NCBI GenBank assembly: GCA_038230375.1
Contig: JBBRNJ010000001.1
Span: 160,001 to 224,000 of the forward strand
Origin: Polyangiales bacterium
Lineage (GTDB): Bacteria; Myxococcota_A; Polyangia; Polyangiales; Polyangiaceae
DNA length: 64,000 nucleotides
Direction: 5' to 3'
Shown here: in pieces, positions 9,956 through 20,948 of the stretch
Position numbering within the stretch: position 1 is the first letter of the stretch
How the letters are laid out: each line of letters begins with the position of its first letter
Translations under genes and position numbers: made by a program
The notes under the pieces: generated by a model
What the model saw: the letters and a program-made list of their open reading frames with translations, nothing else
Told to the model about the DNA's origin: nothing
Database searches by the model: none

Positions 9956-11512
9956 ATGCGTACTTATTCTTCCGTCTTCGCCTTGTTCGCTACGGCTCTC
10001 GTCGCATGCTCCGCCAGCGACGGCTTCGTCAAAGCGCCTCCTACCGGCAGCGACGGCGCGGGCTCCTCTGGCTCTGGCTCTGGCTCTGGCTCCGGCTCCG
10101 GCTCTGGCGCCTCTGCTGCGGCGCTCTCATGCACGTCGAGCGGCATCCCTGCGCCCGTCGACCTTCCACCGCAGCCGGTCCCGGGCAGCCTGTGCTTGAC
10201 GATCCCGTTGAAGACGGTCGCAAGCGCGATCGGGCGCGCTGCATCCGACGTTGCAATGATGGACGCCGACGTGCTCCTCGGCCTCGACTGCGCTGGAATC
10301 GGGAGCGCGCCGCAAGGAACGGACTTCGTGATCGCAGCGGCGCTCCGCAAGGACGAGACCGGCGCCGACTATACGAAGGACGTCCGCGTGCCGTTGCCGA
10401 GCGCCGTTGGCGGCACCGACGTGGGGCTCTCGGTGGGCACAACGCTCCTCGTCGCCAAGGTCGCCTCGTTCCAGGGCAACAACACGCTTCGCTTCGTGAA
10501 CGTCGGCACGGTGAAAGAGGAGAACGGCGCCCGCTTCATCGAGACCCTCCCGGCGGCCGCGCGCGCGCAGATGAGCGGCGCGATGAAGGTCGACGGCCCC
10601 GGCCTCTACGCCTTCTTCGTGTCGCAGACCCCGGTCGGTTTCGTGTCGGGCACCGTCGCGAAGAGCGGCGCGAAGGTCCCGGGAGCGGTCGCGATCGGCA
10701 CGAGCGCCCCGTTCCTCACCGTTGCGGACGCACATGGCGGATACACGCTGCCGCTCGCGCGCGGCAACGCCGGCGTGGCGGCGTACGAACTGTCGACATC
10801 GGCAACAGGGGAGGTTTTCCTGCCGGTCGAGGAGGGCGGGAAGACCAACCCGAAGACGAACAAGCCGGTCCAGACGAAAGGCAAGGACACGCCGATCGCG
10901 GGACTCGACGCCGTGAACCTCACCGGTGCGGACATTGACCTGGAGGCGCCGCCTGCGGTCGCCCCTGGCGCCGGGGATTTCGAGAGCGGGGCGTTCGAGC
11001 CGTGGAAGGCCGAGGGCGACGTGGCAGTCGTGAGCGATCAGATGAGCACGCTGTTCCCCGGCTCCAGCAAGACGAGGTTCGCGTTCCTCAGCACCGGCGC
11101 GGGCTCGCGCTCCGGCATCGCAAGCCGCATGGTCCGCGAGCTCACCGTGCCCGATGGGGTGAAGGCGCTTGTCATCGAGTACGACGTGATGTCCCAGGAG
11201 TACCCGAACTGGGTCGGCACCATCTACAATGACTTCTTCGTTGCATACGCCGCTGGTGACCAGCGGTTCCTCGTGGCCGAGACCGTGAGCGGCAACGCCG
11301 GCGCCTGGAAGAACTTCGGCAAGCAGGTGGGCAACGTGGGCATGTCAGCGGCCGAGAACGGCGTGTTCAACGGCATCACGGGCACGCGCACCAAGCGCAT
11401 CCCGGTCGACGGCTGCGCCGGGAAGCGCATCACACTGGTGCTCGGGGTCTCCGACGTCGGAGACGACATCTACGATACCGCGGTCGCCGTGCAGCGCGTG
11501 GCGTTCGAGTAG
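9956..11512 (+). CDS. Lipoprotein with (GS)n linker, carboxypeptidase-regulatory-like region and choice-of-anchor L-like C-terminal domain
   Basis: Lipobox LVAC; SQEYPNWVGTIYNDFF and DVGDDIYDTAV motifs. Confidence 0.65.
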   Translation: MRTYSSVFALFATALVACSASDGFVKAPPTGSDGAGSSGSGSGSGSGSGSGASAAALSCTSSGIPAPVDLPPQPVPGSLCLTIPLKTVASAIGRAASDVAMMDADVLLGLDCAGIGSAPQGTDFVIAAALRKDETGADYTKDVRVPLPSAVGGTDVGLSVGTTLLVAKVASFQGNNTLRFVNVGTVKEENGARFIETLPAAARAQMSGAMKVDGPGLYAFFVSQTPVGFVSGTVAKSGAKVPGAVAIGTSAPFLTVADAHGGYTLPLARGNAGVAAYELSTSATGEVFLPVEEGGKTNPKTNKPVQTKGKDTPIAGLDAVNLTGADIDLEAPPAVAPGAGDFESGAFEPWKAEGDVAVVSDQMSTLFPGSSKTRFAFLSTGAGSRSGIASRMVRELTVPDGVKALVIEYDVMSQEYPNWVGTIYNDFFVAYAAGDQRFLVAETVSGNAGAWKNFGKQVGNVGMSAAENGVFNGITGTRTKRIPVDGCAGKRITLVLGVSDVGDDIYDTAVAVQRVAFE

Positions 11513-11530
11513 CGAAAACCCACGCGAGAC

Positions 11531-12232
11531 TCAGGGAATGGGAGATGGTGCGATGCCTGCGCGGCGGAGCATCTCGTCGTGGAATTTCTTGCGGCGCCAG
11601 ATGGGTGCGTCGAAGCGGACCTCGATGGTGCGGGACGAGCCAACGATGCGGGCCATGTGCACCTTGATCTTCAACGCGCGATAGATCATCCACGCAGTGC
11701 CCACCACGAACGGCGCGCCGAACGCGAGGAACACCGGGTGCTGCGTGATGCCGAGTGACACGAAGAGCAGCGCGAGCGGGAACGGAAGGATCGCGGTGGC
11801 CACGAGCTTCAGCACGTCCACCTTGCGCCACACGGCGATGGTGAAGATGTCACCGAAGTAGACGCCGTTCTGATCGATCGGAATGTATCCGGTCACGGGA
11901 TCCAGCGTGCCTTCGCTCACGCCCTCTGGTGCCACGAGCGCCATCTTGCGCAGCACGATGCCGTTCGACACGGCCTTCACACGCTCGGTGCGCGGATCGA
12001 ACGGCAACGGGACCACGCGCGAATCGGCACGCGCGCCTGCATGCAATGCGTACACGAGGCCGCAGCCGGCGCACGAGAGGATGCCCGTCGCGGCCTGCGC
12101 GCCGACACCGCACTTCGGACAACCAAGTGCATGCGGCGGAGTGGTCGCGAACTGCGGTGGCGGCGGCTGCCCATTCAACAGCGGCTGGTTCGGATCGCCC
12201 AGGCTGGACTGGGCGGGCGGAGCAGGCACCAT
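11531..12232 (-). CDS. Membrane protein with N-terminal Zn-ribbon
   Basis: CPKC…CAGC and two TM helices; ATG abuts the NUDIX stop codon. Confidence 0.6.
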   Translation of the reverse strand: MVPAPPAQSSLGDPNQPLLNGQPPPPQFATTPPHALGCPKCGVGAQAATGILSCAGCGLVYALHAGARADSRVVPLPFDPRTERVKAVSNGIVLRKMALVAPEGVSEGTLDPVTGYIPIDQNGVYFGDIFTIAVWRKVDVLKLVATAILPFPLALLFVSLGITQHPVFLAFGAPFVVGTAWMIYRALKIKVHMARIVGSSRTIEVRFDAPIWRRKKFHDEMLRRAGIAPSPIP

Positions 12233-12786
12233 CAGATCGCCTCGAAGCCGTGTGCCGCCGTGTTGCCGACGGACGCGAAGTATTTCTCCGCGGCGCGAAT
12301 GTGCAGCGGGAACGCGAAGACGTCCGCAAGTCCGCCGGGCCCGTAGATGAGGCCGCGCTCTTGCGTCTCGTGATTGGGCGTGAACGCAGCGACACTCGCC
12401 GCATCCACGGGCGACGCCACGGAGAACAACAGCACCCGGTTCGGGCGCGGCTCCGTGGAGGTGAACCAGAACGGCGTGAGCGTGGCGGGGTCGACCGTTG
12501 CGCCGGTCTCTTCCACGAGCTCGCGAGCGCCGCCCTGCTGCCAGGTCTCGTGCTCCTCCAGGAAGCCGCCGACGAGCGCGAGCTTTCCGAGCCCGGGCTG
12601 GATGCCGCGACGCACCGTGAGGAGGCCTTCGCGGTCCCCGCGCTTCACGGGGAGGAGGACAACGGAGACCGGCGTGGGGTTCGCCCAGACCTGCGTCTTG
12701 CAGCCAGAGCAAGAGCGCGGGTAGGCCGCCGCGGATTCGTATTTCACGCCGCAGAAGGAGCAGAACGTGTCGCGTGCGAGGCTCAT
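12232..12786 (-). CDS. NUDIX hydrolase with zinc ribbon
   Basis: CSFCG…CSGC ribbon; Nudix box GGFLEEHETWQQGGARELVEETG. Confidence 0.9.
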   Translation of the reverse strand: MSLARDTFCSFCGVKYESAAAYPRSCSGCKTQVWANPTPVSVVLLPVKRGDREGLLTVRRGIQPGLGKLALVGGFLEEHETWQQGGARELVEETGATVDPATLTPFWFTSTEPRPNRVLLFSVASPVDAASVAAFTPNHETQERGLIYGPGGLADVFAFPLHIRAAEKYFASVGNTAAHGFEAI

Positions 12787-12849
12787 GGGGGACGATGGTC
12801 GACGGGATGGGGAAGAAGCACAACCCAGAAGGACGAGGAGAATGACGTG

Positions 12850-12878
12850 GACTTCGACCTCGACTTCGACTCGGACCC
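12850..12878. repeat. Short (CGACYT)n hexamer repeat
   Basis: gacttcgacctcgacttcgactcggac just past the 12880 stop codon. Confidence 0.6.
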
Positions 12879-12879
12879 A

Positions 12880-14769
12880 CTACGGCGTGTAGCGGGTGCA
12901 CGTGCCCGCGTGATCTTCCGTCACGAAGCCGTGGTAGCGGCCCGACCAGTACGCGGCGAGGTAGTCGACGCCGGGATACACGAGCAGCGGATCGCCGCCA
13001 TCTTGTAGCTGCCACGGCTGTCGCTGCCAGATGAAGTCGTCCACCACGCGGTCCTTCACGTCCACCGCTCGCGTCGCCGTATCGCAGAGCGTGGGAGACG
13101 TGCATGACGAATCGTGAGGTGTGTACGCGGCGACCGCCAAGGTGTCGCGCGCGACATGCACGCGCGGGCCAGCCGAGAACTGCGCGAGCTGCGCGTTTGC
13201 AGCGGCGATCGCCGTGGGGTCCGCGCCCGTACGCGTGCCGCCCCAGAGGAAGGCGAAGTAGGCGCTCTTGTGCCCGCTGAGCGCCTTCCACATGGCCTTG
13301 TCCATCACGTCGTCCTTGATGCGCGCGCCGAGCACGGGATCCTTCTCCATCGACGCGTACGCGTACGCCATGATGAACGCGATGTGGTTCGCGAAGTAGC
13401 CATTGCCGCAGTTCGCACTGAAGGTCCACGTGGCGGCCACATCCAGCCACGCGGCGGCGTTGGCCGCGTAGTACGTTGCGAGCGCGTCGTGCTGCGTCTT
13501 CATCGCGGGCACACCGTCCGTCATCACGATCGCCATCTTCACCATCGCGCCGAGCATGACCGAGCTCGACGGCCGCTTGATGGGCACGTTCAGGCCGAGC
13601 GTCTGCTTCGCGATGACGGAGTAGTCCGGGAAGAACTCGCGCATGCCGTGGATCTGCGCGTCCGAAGCGCTGGAGGTATCGAGCGTGATCTGGACGTGTC
13701 CGTTCGTCATCTCGCTGGGCACCAGGATGACGTTCTCGAGCACGAGCGACTTCTGGATCGGGACGCCGTTGATGACGATCGACGCGGGCACAGCCGGTCG
13801 GACCTTCGTGAGCTCCATGGCCACGGCGGTCACGTCCTCGCGGATCATCTTCCGCACCGCTTCGTCAGGCGACGCCATGTACGCGACGTACTCGCCGAGC
13901 ATGAAGCCCGTGTACTGGTCGCGGCTGATGCCGCCCAGCCAGTCCACCATCGCGCCGCCATGGCTCACGCCGCAGTGCCACTCTGGATCTGCGCAGCGGT
14001 TCGCGACATCCAGCGGCGTGGTGGACGCGGATGGCACGACCACGCGCGCGAGCGAGCCCGGCTCACCCGTGACGGCCAGATCGCGATGCATGGTGTTCGC
14101 AAGGGCCTTCACCTGCGCGGCGGCGTCGGGGGAGCCCGTTGCCATGAGCCGCCACGCCTCGGCGGCCAGCGCACTGCCGGTCCAGATGGCAGCGTCGTGA
14201 TAGCCGCTGTAGCTCCCGACCTTGGTGAAGGTGGCATCCGTGTATCGTGCATTCATCACGGCGCCTTCGGGCAGGTTCCCGGCGCGGAGCAGCCTGTCGT
14301 AGTCGCGCGCGCGATCATGCTCGTTTCCCGCGGGGTCCGCGCTCGCGTACGCCTTCGTTCCCATGTTCCAGAGCTTGCACGTGTTCGCGCCGCTCTTCGC
14401 GCCGAGCACGCACTCGTCGGCACATGCGGACGCGGAGCACTTGCCGGCGAAGCAGCCGGCCGCGCAGGTCTCGGTGACCCACGACGAACCCGCGGCGGTC
14501 TGCACGCAGTGAGATCGCGTGTTGTAGAATGCACACGTCTCGGTCGGTCCGTCTGTGCACCCAAAGACGGGGCCGGCGTCCGTCGCGCCTCCGCCCGCAT
14601 CGCTGCCCGCACCCGTCGCGCCGCCGCCTGCGTCCACCGCGCTCGCGCCACCGTCATCCCCCGCGGGGGTGGTGGCGGACGTGTCCGTGCCCACACCACT
14701 GTCACTGCATGCGACGAGCGCGATGCAGCCAAGGAGCACGGCGGGAAAGGCTCGGAGCATGGATCGCAT
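12880..14769 (-). CDS. Secreted lipoprotein, helical (alpha/alpha-toroid-like) enzyme of unknown function; paralog of 25630-27654
   Basis: Lipobox LVAC, DAG linker, Cys-rich module, DAAIWTG…SRDQY…YPGVDYLAAYW motifs. Confidence 0.7.
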   Translation of the reverse strand: MRSMLRAFPAVLLGCIALVACSDSGVGTDTSATTPAGDDGGASAVDAGGGATGAGSDAGGGATDAGPVFGCTDGPTETCAFYNTRSHCVQTAAGSSWVTETCAAGCFAGKCSASACADECVLGAKSGANTCKLWNMGTKAYASADPAGNEHDRARDYDRLLRAGNLPEGAVMNARYTDATFTKVGSYSGYHDAAIWTGSALAAEAWRLMATGSPDAAAQVKALANTMHRDLAVTGEPGSLARVVVPSASTTPLDVANRCADPEWHCGVSHGGAMVDWLGGISRDQYTGFMLGEYVAYMASPDEAVRKMIREDVTAVAMELTKVRPAVPASIVINGVPIQKSLVLENVILVPSEMTNGHVQITLDTSSASDAQIHGMREFFPDYSVIAKQTLGLNVPIKRPSSSVMLGAMVKMAIVMTDGVPAMKTQHDALATYYAANAAAWLDVAATWTFSANCGNGYFANHIAFIMAYAYASMEKDPVLGARIKDDVMDKAMWKALSGHKSAYFAFLWGGTRTGADPTAIAAANAQLAQFSAGPRVHVARDTLAVAAYTPHDSSCTSPTLCDTATRAVDVKDRVVDDFIWQRQPWQLQDGGDPLLVYPGVDYLAAYWSGRYHGFVTEDHAGTCTRYTP

Positions 14770-14856
14770 GGCAGCTCTCTTCCCAGACCGCAGGCCGCCA
14801 GGGTAGGTCTTCGCGCGCCAAATCGACTGGCGTTGCGCGCCAGCCCTGCGCAGAAG

Positions 14857-15849
14857 CTACTTCTCTTGCTTGTCGGCACGCTCGCGAAAGGCCGCGGGGC
14901 TGGTGCCGGTCCAGCGACGAAACGCCCGAAAAAATGCGCTCGGTTCGGAGAGCCCGAGCGCGAACGCGACCTCTGTCACGCTCATGCTGCCCTGCGTGAG
15001 GAGCCGCAGCGCGCGCTCTCGGCGCACGTCGTCCAGGATCCGCTTGTGCGACGTACCGCGACGCTGCAGCTCGCGTTGAAGGGTGCGGCGCGTGAGATGC
15101 AGCCGGCCGGCGAGCGACTCCAGCGACACGTCGCGCGAAGCGAGCAGGTCCCCCACCGCTACGTGCGCGCGACCCAGGAACGGATCGGGCGCGTCAGCCG
15201 GCGGCGTCATCGCCTTCATGTTCTCTTCCAGCACCTCTGCCAATGACGCAGCGGCCGTCAGCAATGGTTGGCCGAGCAGTTCGCGGCCCAGCGCGAGACG
15301 ATCCGCTTCGGCTCCGAACGTGACGGCGCGTCCGAAGAACGCGGTGTACGGCGCCACGTCCTTCGGCGCGGCGTGCGTGAAGGTCACCTCTTCGAAGGCA
15401 ACGTGACGCCCCAGCGTCTGCTTCACGCGGATCGCCACCATGGCCACGCCGAACTCTGCCCAGTGGCGGCTGTGTGTGCGCGTGCCGCCGCGCTCGAACG
15501 TCAACGTGGCCCGCGTGGCGTCCTCGACCATGAGGAGCTTCACGCGCTCCGTCACGACACCGTAGTAGCGCGCGGTCCTTCGCAACGCGTCGCGCAGCGT
15601 GGGGCTCGTGCAGAGTGCGTAGTCCAGCACGCCGAGTCCGCCGATGGGGATGCGCGTGGCAAGGTCGAGCGCCAGGTGCGGATTCTTCGCGGCGCGCGCG
15701 GCCTCGTCGATCAGCGCGTCGGCGGCGTCACCAGGCACGTGCGATGCGCCGGCGGGCGGATGTGCGGGCATGCGGACGCCCAGGTCCTCCACGAGCGCGC
15801 GCAGGACCGGTCCGACGATGGCGCTGGCGATGCCCTGCTCGTGCCCCAT
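14857..15849 (-). CDS. AraC-family transcriptional regulator (Arabinose_bd_2 type)
   Basis: LGVLDYALCTSPTLRDAL N-domain; RRTLQREL and VAFALGLSEPSAFFRAFRRWTG helix-turn-helix motifs. Confidence 0.9.
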   Translation of the reverse strand: MGHEQGIASAIVGPVLRALVEDLGVRMPAHPPAGASHVPGDAADALIDEAARAAKNPHLALDLATRIPIGGLGVLDYALCTSPTLRDALRRTARYYGVVTERVKLLMVEDATRATLTFERGGTRTHSRHWAEFGVAMVAIRVKQTLGRHVAFEEVTFTHAAPKDVAPYTAFFGRAVTFGAEADRLALGRELLGQPLLTAAASLAEVLEENMKAMTPPADAPDPFLGRAHVAVGDLLASRDVSLESLAGRLHLTRRTLQRELQRRGTSHKRILDDVRRERALRLLTQGSMSVTEVAFALGLSEPSAFFRAFRRWTGTSPAAFRERADKQEK

Positions 15850-15913
15850 GGGGTGGGCCGAGTATAGCGGGCTTGCCGCAGACCTTGGCACCTGGAGCGT
15901 GTATGATTGCGGC

Positions 15914-18118
15914 GTGAAAACGCCCGGAACGCTTGCCTGGTTGCCCCTCTCGGTGCTGGTGTCCACCATCGGTGCCTGCACCACCGAACCGCCTCCGAAG
16001 CTTCCACTGCCCACCATGGCGCTGGTCACGGGCAACGAGCCCATCGTGACGGACGCACCGCGTGGGCATCACACGCGCCGTCACCACTACCCGGAGACGC
16101 GGCGTGAGGCGACGAGCGACACCGTCTTCGACAAGATCGTCGCGGACCCGTACCGCTGGCTCGAAGACGGCAAGAGCGACGAGACGCGCGCGTGGATGAA
16201 GGAACAGGACGACGCAGCGCGCGCCGTGCTCCACAAGCTCCCCGAGCGCGATGCGGTCGCCGCGCGCCTCAAGGAGGTCTACTACGTGGACTCGCTCGGC
16301 GTGCCCGGGCACCGCGGCAACCGATACTTCGTCACGTGGAAGAAGGCACAGGACGAGAAGGCGATCGTCTACGTGCGTGACGGCAAGAAGGGCACGGACC
16401 GCGTGCTCCTCAATCCCAACGAGTGGGCCGCGGATGGCAGCTCGTCGCTTGGCTCCACCGCCGCCACGCACGACGGTCGCTACATGGCGTACACCGTGAA
16501 GGCGAACAACTCCGACGAAGCCACGATGTACGTGATCGACGTGGCCACCGGGAAGAAGCTCGACAAGGACGTCATCCCCGGCGCGAAGTACGCGAGCGCA
16601 TCGTGGACGCCCACGGGCGACGGCTTCTATTACACGTGGCTCCCCACGGACCCAGCGATCACGCCCGCCGAGCGGCCCGGCTACTCGGAGGTGCGCTTCC
16701 ACAAGCTCGGCACCGATCCCGCGACCGACACGGTCATTCGCGAGCGCACGAACGACGCGACCACGTTCCTCCACGGCTGGCTCTCGTGGGACGGCAACTA
16801 CCTGTTTCACGAGCTCGCGCACGGCTGGGCGTCGGAGCAGGTCTTCGTGAAGGACCTTCGCAAGAAGGGCGCAGGCTGGACGGAGCTCGCGCCTGGACAG
16901 AAGGCCCACTACGACGTGGAGGAGTACAAGGACCAGCTCTACATCACCACCGACGAGGGCGCGCCGCACCAGCGCGTGTTCCGCGTGGACGCGAAGAACC
17001 CCGATCGCGCCGCGTGGAAGGAGATCATCCCCGAGCCCAAGGACGAGTCGATCCGAAGCGTCGCCATCCGCGGCGGCAAGCTGACGGTCACCTATCTGAA
17101 GAACGCGTTCGGGCGACTCGAGCTCCGCGCGCTCGACGGGAAGATCGAGCGCGACGTCACGCTCCCGGGAATTGGCAGCGTCACCGGCGTATCCGGGTTG
17201 CCCGACGACAGCGAGAGCTGGTTCTCGTACACGTCCTTCACCGAGACCTGGCAGAGCTTCGCGCTGGACCCGAGGACCGGGAAGACGGAGGTCTACTCGA
17301 CCGTCAAGGTGCCGTTCGATGCGACGCCGTACACGACCACGCAGGTGTTCTATCCGTCCAAGGACGGCACGAAGATCTCCATGTTCATCGTGCACAGGAA
17401 GGACATGGTGAAGGGCAAGCCGCAGCGCACGATGCTCTACGGATACGGCGGATTCCAGAGCACGGAGACACCCAGCTTCAACTCCGGGATCATCCCGTGG
17501 CTCGAGCGCGGCGGCATCTACGCCGTCGCCAACCTTCGCGGCGGCTCCGAGTACGGCGAGGACTGGCACCAGAACGGGATGCTCGAGAAGAAGCAGAACG
17601 TCTTTGACGACTTCATCGGTGCGGCCGAGTACCTGATACATGAAGGATACACGGATCGCACACGGCTCGCGATCTACGGCGCCTCGAACGGCGGGCTCCT
17701 CATGGGCGCCGCGATGACGCAGCGACCAGACCTGTACGCGGCCGTGCTCTGCGGCGTGCCGCTCCTGGACATGGTGCGCTATCACCGCTTCGGCAGCGGC
17801 AAGACCTGGGTGAGCGAGTACGGCTCCGCGGAGTCCGAGAGCCAGTTCCGCGCGCTCTTCGCGTACTCGCCGTACCACCACGTGGTGGACGGGACCAAGT
17901 ACCCGCCCCTCCTCATGCTCAGCGCAGACAGCGACGACCGCGTCGACCCGATGCACGCGCGCAAGTTCGTGGCGCAGATCCAGGCGGCGAGCGAGGGCGG
18001 GCCCGTCCTCTTGCGCATCGAGAAGAACAGCGGGCACGGCGGCGCGGACCTGCGCAAGGCGGAAGTGGAGAAGGGCGCGGACCGCTGGGCCTTCGCGCTG
18101 GCCCACACGAAGCCCTGA
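15914..18118 (+). CDS. Prolyl oligopeptidase (S9A), lipoprotein
   Basis: [15 protein letters not shown] catalytic Ser, DDRV Asp, GHG His; lipobox IGAC after GTG 15914. Confidence 0.95.
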   Translation: MKTPGTLAWLPLSVLVSTIGACTTEPPPKLPLPTMALVTGNEPIVTDAPRGHHTRRHHYPETRREATSDTVFDKIVADPYRWLEDGKSDETRAWMKEQDDAARAVLHKLPERDAVAARLKEVYYVDSLGVPGHRGNRYFVTWKKAQDEKAIVYVRDGKKGTDRVLLNPNEWAADGSSSLGSTAATHDGRYMAYTVKANNSDEATMYVIDVATGKKLDKDVIPGAKYASASWTPTGDGFYYTWLPTDPAITPAERPGYSEVRFHKLGTDPATDTVIRERTNDATTFLHGWLSWDGNYLFHELAHGWASEQVFVKDLRKKGAGWTELAPGQKAHYDVEEYKDQLYITTDEGAPHQRVFRVDAKNPDRAAWKEIIPEPKDESIRSVAIRGGKLTVTYLKNAFGRLELRALDGKIERDVTLPGIGSVTGVSGLPDDSESWFSYTSFTETWQSFALDPRTGKTEVYSTVKVPFDATPYTTTQVFYPSKDGTKISMFIVHRKDMVKGKPQRTMLYGYGGFQSTETPSFNSGIIPWLERGGIYAVANLRGGSEYGEDWHQNGMLEKKQNVFDDFIGAAEYLIHEGYTDRTRLAIYGASNGGLLMGAAMTQRPDLYAAVLCGVPLLDMVRYHRFGSGKTWVSEYGSAESESQFRALFAYSPYHHVVDGTKYPPLLMLSADSDDRVDPMHARKFVAQIQAASEGGPVLLRIEKNSGHGGADLRKAEVEKGADRWAFALAHTKP

Positions 18119-18147
18119 GCCCGGCGCCACGCGGCATCAGCGCGACG

Positions 18148-20127
18148 TCACTGGCCCTTGCACGGCCCGGGACACGGATGGATGATCCTGGACGCTGCGC
18201 CGCTCTTGTAGAATGCATCCATCTGCGCAAGCGCCGTCGGCTGCAAGCGCACGCTGTCATGCACGGGGTTCGCTGCGATCGTCCCCGGCTTCCGATACTG
18301 CGTGAGGTCTACACCGAAATCCCAGAGCGTGAGGGCGCTCGTGAGGCCTTCGGCTGGCGCATCCGGGATGCCGAACTCCACTGCCGCGGCTGGCGTCGTC
18401 ATCCGGAGACCCAGCTCGCGCGCGAGATAGAAGGTGCCCAGGTTCGGAACGCCCTGATCGCCCAGGCCTGCCTGGAAGAGGACGCGCTTGTCCTTTGCGG
18501 ATGGGTCGAAGCCATCGGTGAGGATGTGAGCCGCGTAGACAGCGGGATCGATCGTGTCGACCTTGGCCTGGAACATTCCCATCAGCGCCTGCGCACGCAG
18601 CGTGTTGCCCATGGTGCCGTTGGCGACCAGGAAGAAGGGAGCGAACGGCCCCGCGCGCGACATGAGGTGACTGAAGGGACCACCGCCAACGTTGATGACG
18701 CCGCGCAAGATGTCGGGGTTCAGCGCCACCATCACGGTCCCGAGGATGCCGCCCTGGCTTGCGCCGAAGTAGTAGACGGAGCTCGAATCGTAGAGGAGCG
18801 CGGACGCGTTCGACTGCCCGTTCTCGGTGTGCACGTCGGGGCCCGCCGCGCTGCGCGACAGCTCGGGGAGCTTCGTCAGGGGGCCACGGATCGCGGCGGT
18901 CAGCGCGAGCCAGTTGGCCATCGCTTGATGTACGCGCTCGGTGAAGAGAAGCGTCAGAGCCGGTGTGCTGGCGAGCGTGTTCACGACCAGCCCCTCGTCT
19001 GGCTTCGACATGCCCCACCAGTCGATGCCGAACTCGACCGCGGACAGCTTGGTGCCGATCGTCGTGCCGCCAATGCCGTCGAGCTCCGTCGTGTCGCCGA
19101 AGAAGCCATGGCCGTACGTGAGCGCGCGCCCGGGGCCGAACGCATCACGCACGGCCGTGGGGATGGTCGCGTAGAACGGGACGACGACGGTGCCGTTCAT
19201 CACGGGAACGCCGCTCGCGTCGCGAAGGAGGTGGGCGCCCGGTTCGGCGGAGTCCAGGAACATGGGCGCGGTGATCGTCCCGTGTATTGTCTTCCAGACG
19301 CTGCCGGTGCCGGGCGCGGACGCCGTGATCTTCACGGTGGGCGGGTTCTGAGCGATCTCCGTCAGCGTCTTCGCGCGGATCGCGAGCATGTCGCGGAGCG
19401 GCGCATCGCGCGTCCCCGTCGTGAAATCCCACGCGAGCTGGAGCTCTGCGCGATGCACGCCTGCGGCTTCGAGGGGCGGAAAGATGGCCGCGTCGTAGTG
19501 TGACGCGAGCGCCGTCAGGCTGGGATCGGCCGCAGCGCGCTCGTCCCGTAGCCTTCGAAAGCCTTCGGGCGGAGGCGCCAGCGAGCCGTCGGGAGTCTGC
19601 ACCTTGACGAGCGCGACGATGTACCGCGTCTTCTCCAAGAGCGGCGCGAACGCGCGGATCGAGATCGCGCGCTGCGCAGGATCGCTCGCGCGCGTATCAA
19701 GGTCTACGTAGTGGGCCACGAGCCTTCCGGTGTCGGCCTCTAGGAGGAGCGTCGCGCTCGCGGGCGTAGCGCTCGCGGCCGGATCATCCATCAGGTTCGG
19801 GAGCCCGTCGACCACGAGCTCGGAGAAGAGGGTCGCGACGATCGTGGCGTGGAGCGAGAACCCATCCGCGTGAACCCCGCTCACCAGGTCCGCGTCCTTG
19901 CCGTCGACCGACGTGAGCTTGCCCGCGCCGCTCATGATCACGCGTCGCCCGGTGGGCGATGTCGGGTCCGCGGCCGTGTAGAAATCCGACGGAAACGGCA
20001 GAAAACAAGCCTCGCCAGCGAAGAGCGGCTGACATCCGTCGGCGACGGTGAGCGGCGCATCGCTCGCTGGCGTGCTCGAACAGGAGGCCAGCAAGACCAC
20101 GAGGAACGCGAGGAGCAGCGACCGCAT
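18148..20127 (-). CDS. Lipoprotein, alpha/beta-hydrolase (lipase-like)
   Basis: Lipobox LASC; LPFPSD N-domain, HGFFG, nucleophile elbow GASQGG. Confidence 0.75.
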   Translation of the reverse strand: MRSLLLAFLVVLLASCSSTPASDAPLTVADGCQPLFAGEACFLPFPSDFYTAADPTSPTGRRVIMSGAGKLTSVDGKDADLVSGVHADGFSLHATIVATLFSELVVDGLPNLMDDPAASATPASATLLLEADTGRLVAHYVDLDTRASDPAQRAISIRAFAPLLEKTRYIVALVKVQTPDGSLAPPPEGFRRLRDERAAADPSLTALASHYDAAIFPPLEAAGVHRAELQLAWDFTTGTRDAPLRDMLAIRAKTLTEIAQNPPTVKITASAPGTGSVWKTIHGTITAPMFLDSAEPGAHLLRDASGVPVMNGTVVVPFYATIPTAVRDAFGPGRALTYGHGFFGDTTELDGIGGTTIGTKLSAVEFGIDWWGMSKPDEGLVVNTLASTPALTLLFTERVHQAMANWLALTAAIRGPLTKLPELSRSAAGPDVHTENGQSNASALLYDSSSVYYFGASQGGILGTVMVALNPDILRGVINVGGGPFSHLMSRAGPFAPFFLVANGTMGNTLRAQALMGMFQAKVDTIDPAVYAAHILTDGFDPSAKDKRVLFQAGLGDQGVPNLGTFYLARELGLRMTTPAAAVEFGIPDAPAEGLTSALTLWDFGVDLTQYRKPGTIAANPVHDSVRLQPTALAQMDAFYKSGAASRIIHPCPGPCKGQ

Positions 20128-20189
20128 TCGCCCGATATGGCGCGATTGCGGCGCCGGGTCAAACCAGATTCTGTCACTGTGCGCGGCGC

Positions 20190-20945
20190 ATGACCGAGCC
20201 GAACACCGACTTCATCGAGAGCGACCTGCCGCCCGTGGACCTGACGTCCACGCTCGCGAGCTTTGCGCGTCCTCCGAGCACGACCCCGCCGCGTGTCCTC
20301 ATCCTCTATGGCTCGCTGCGGGAGCAGAGCTACAGCCGCTACCTGAGCGAGGAGTGCGCGCGCGTACTCACGGCGTTCGGCGCGGAGGTGCGTACGTTCA
20401 ATCCGCGCGGGCTCCCCGTCTTCGATCGCGCCTCGTTCGATCTCCCCCAGGTGAAGGAGCTGCGCGCGCTGTCCGTCTGGTCCGAGGCACACGTGTGGAT
20501 CTCGCCCGAGCAGCACGGCGCCATGACGGCGGCCTTCAAGAATCAGATCGACTGGATCCCGCTGGCCGACGGCGCCGTACGACCCACGCAGGGCCGCACG
20601 CTCGCGGTCCTGCAGGTCTCCGGCGGCAGCCAGTCGTTCAACGCGGTGAACCAGATGCGCCAGCTCGGTCGGTGGATGCGCATGTTCACCATTCCCAACC
20701 AGTCGTCGGTGCCGAAGGCGTTCGAGGAGTTCGACGCCCAGGGTCGCATGAGGCCCTCGGACTATCGCGACCGTGTCGTGGACGTGATGGAGGAGCTCTT
20801 TCGCTTCACGCTGCTACTTCGCGGCAACGTCGACGTGCTGACCACGCGCTACAGCGAGCACAAGCAGAAGCGCACGACGGGCGCGCTGAAGCCCGGACTC
20901 GGAGTCAATCCGAAGCCCGGGCCTGTTGTCGCGCCGAAGGAATGA
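20190..20945 (+). CDS. arsH: Arsenical resistance protein ArsH (NADPH-dependent FMN reductase)
   Basis: [50 protein letters not shown] motifs. Confidence 0.95.
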   Translation: MTEPNTDFIESDLPPVDLTSTLASFARPPSTTPPRVLILYGSLREQSYSRYLSEECARVLTAFGAEVRTFNPRGLPVFDRASFDLPQVKELRALSVWSEAHVWISPEQHGAMTAAFKNQIDWIPLADGAVRPTQGRTLAVLQVSGGSQSFNAVNQMRQLGRWMRMFTIPNQSSVPKAFEEFDAQGRMRPSDYRDRVVDVMEELFRFTLLLRGNVDVLTTRYSEHKQKRTTGALKPGLGVNPKPGPVVAPKE

Positions 20946-20948
20946 TTT

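Noticed and set aside
10066..10108. (TCTGGC)n repeat as a contingency locus
   Set aside because: In-frame hexamer encoding an ordinary Gly-Ser linker.
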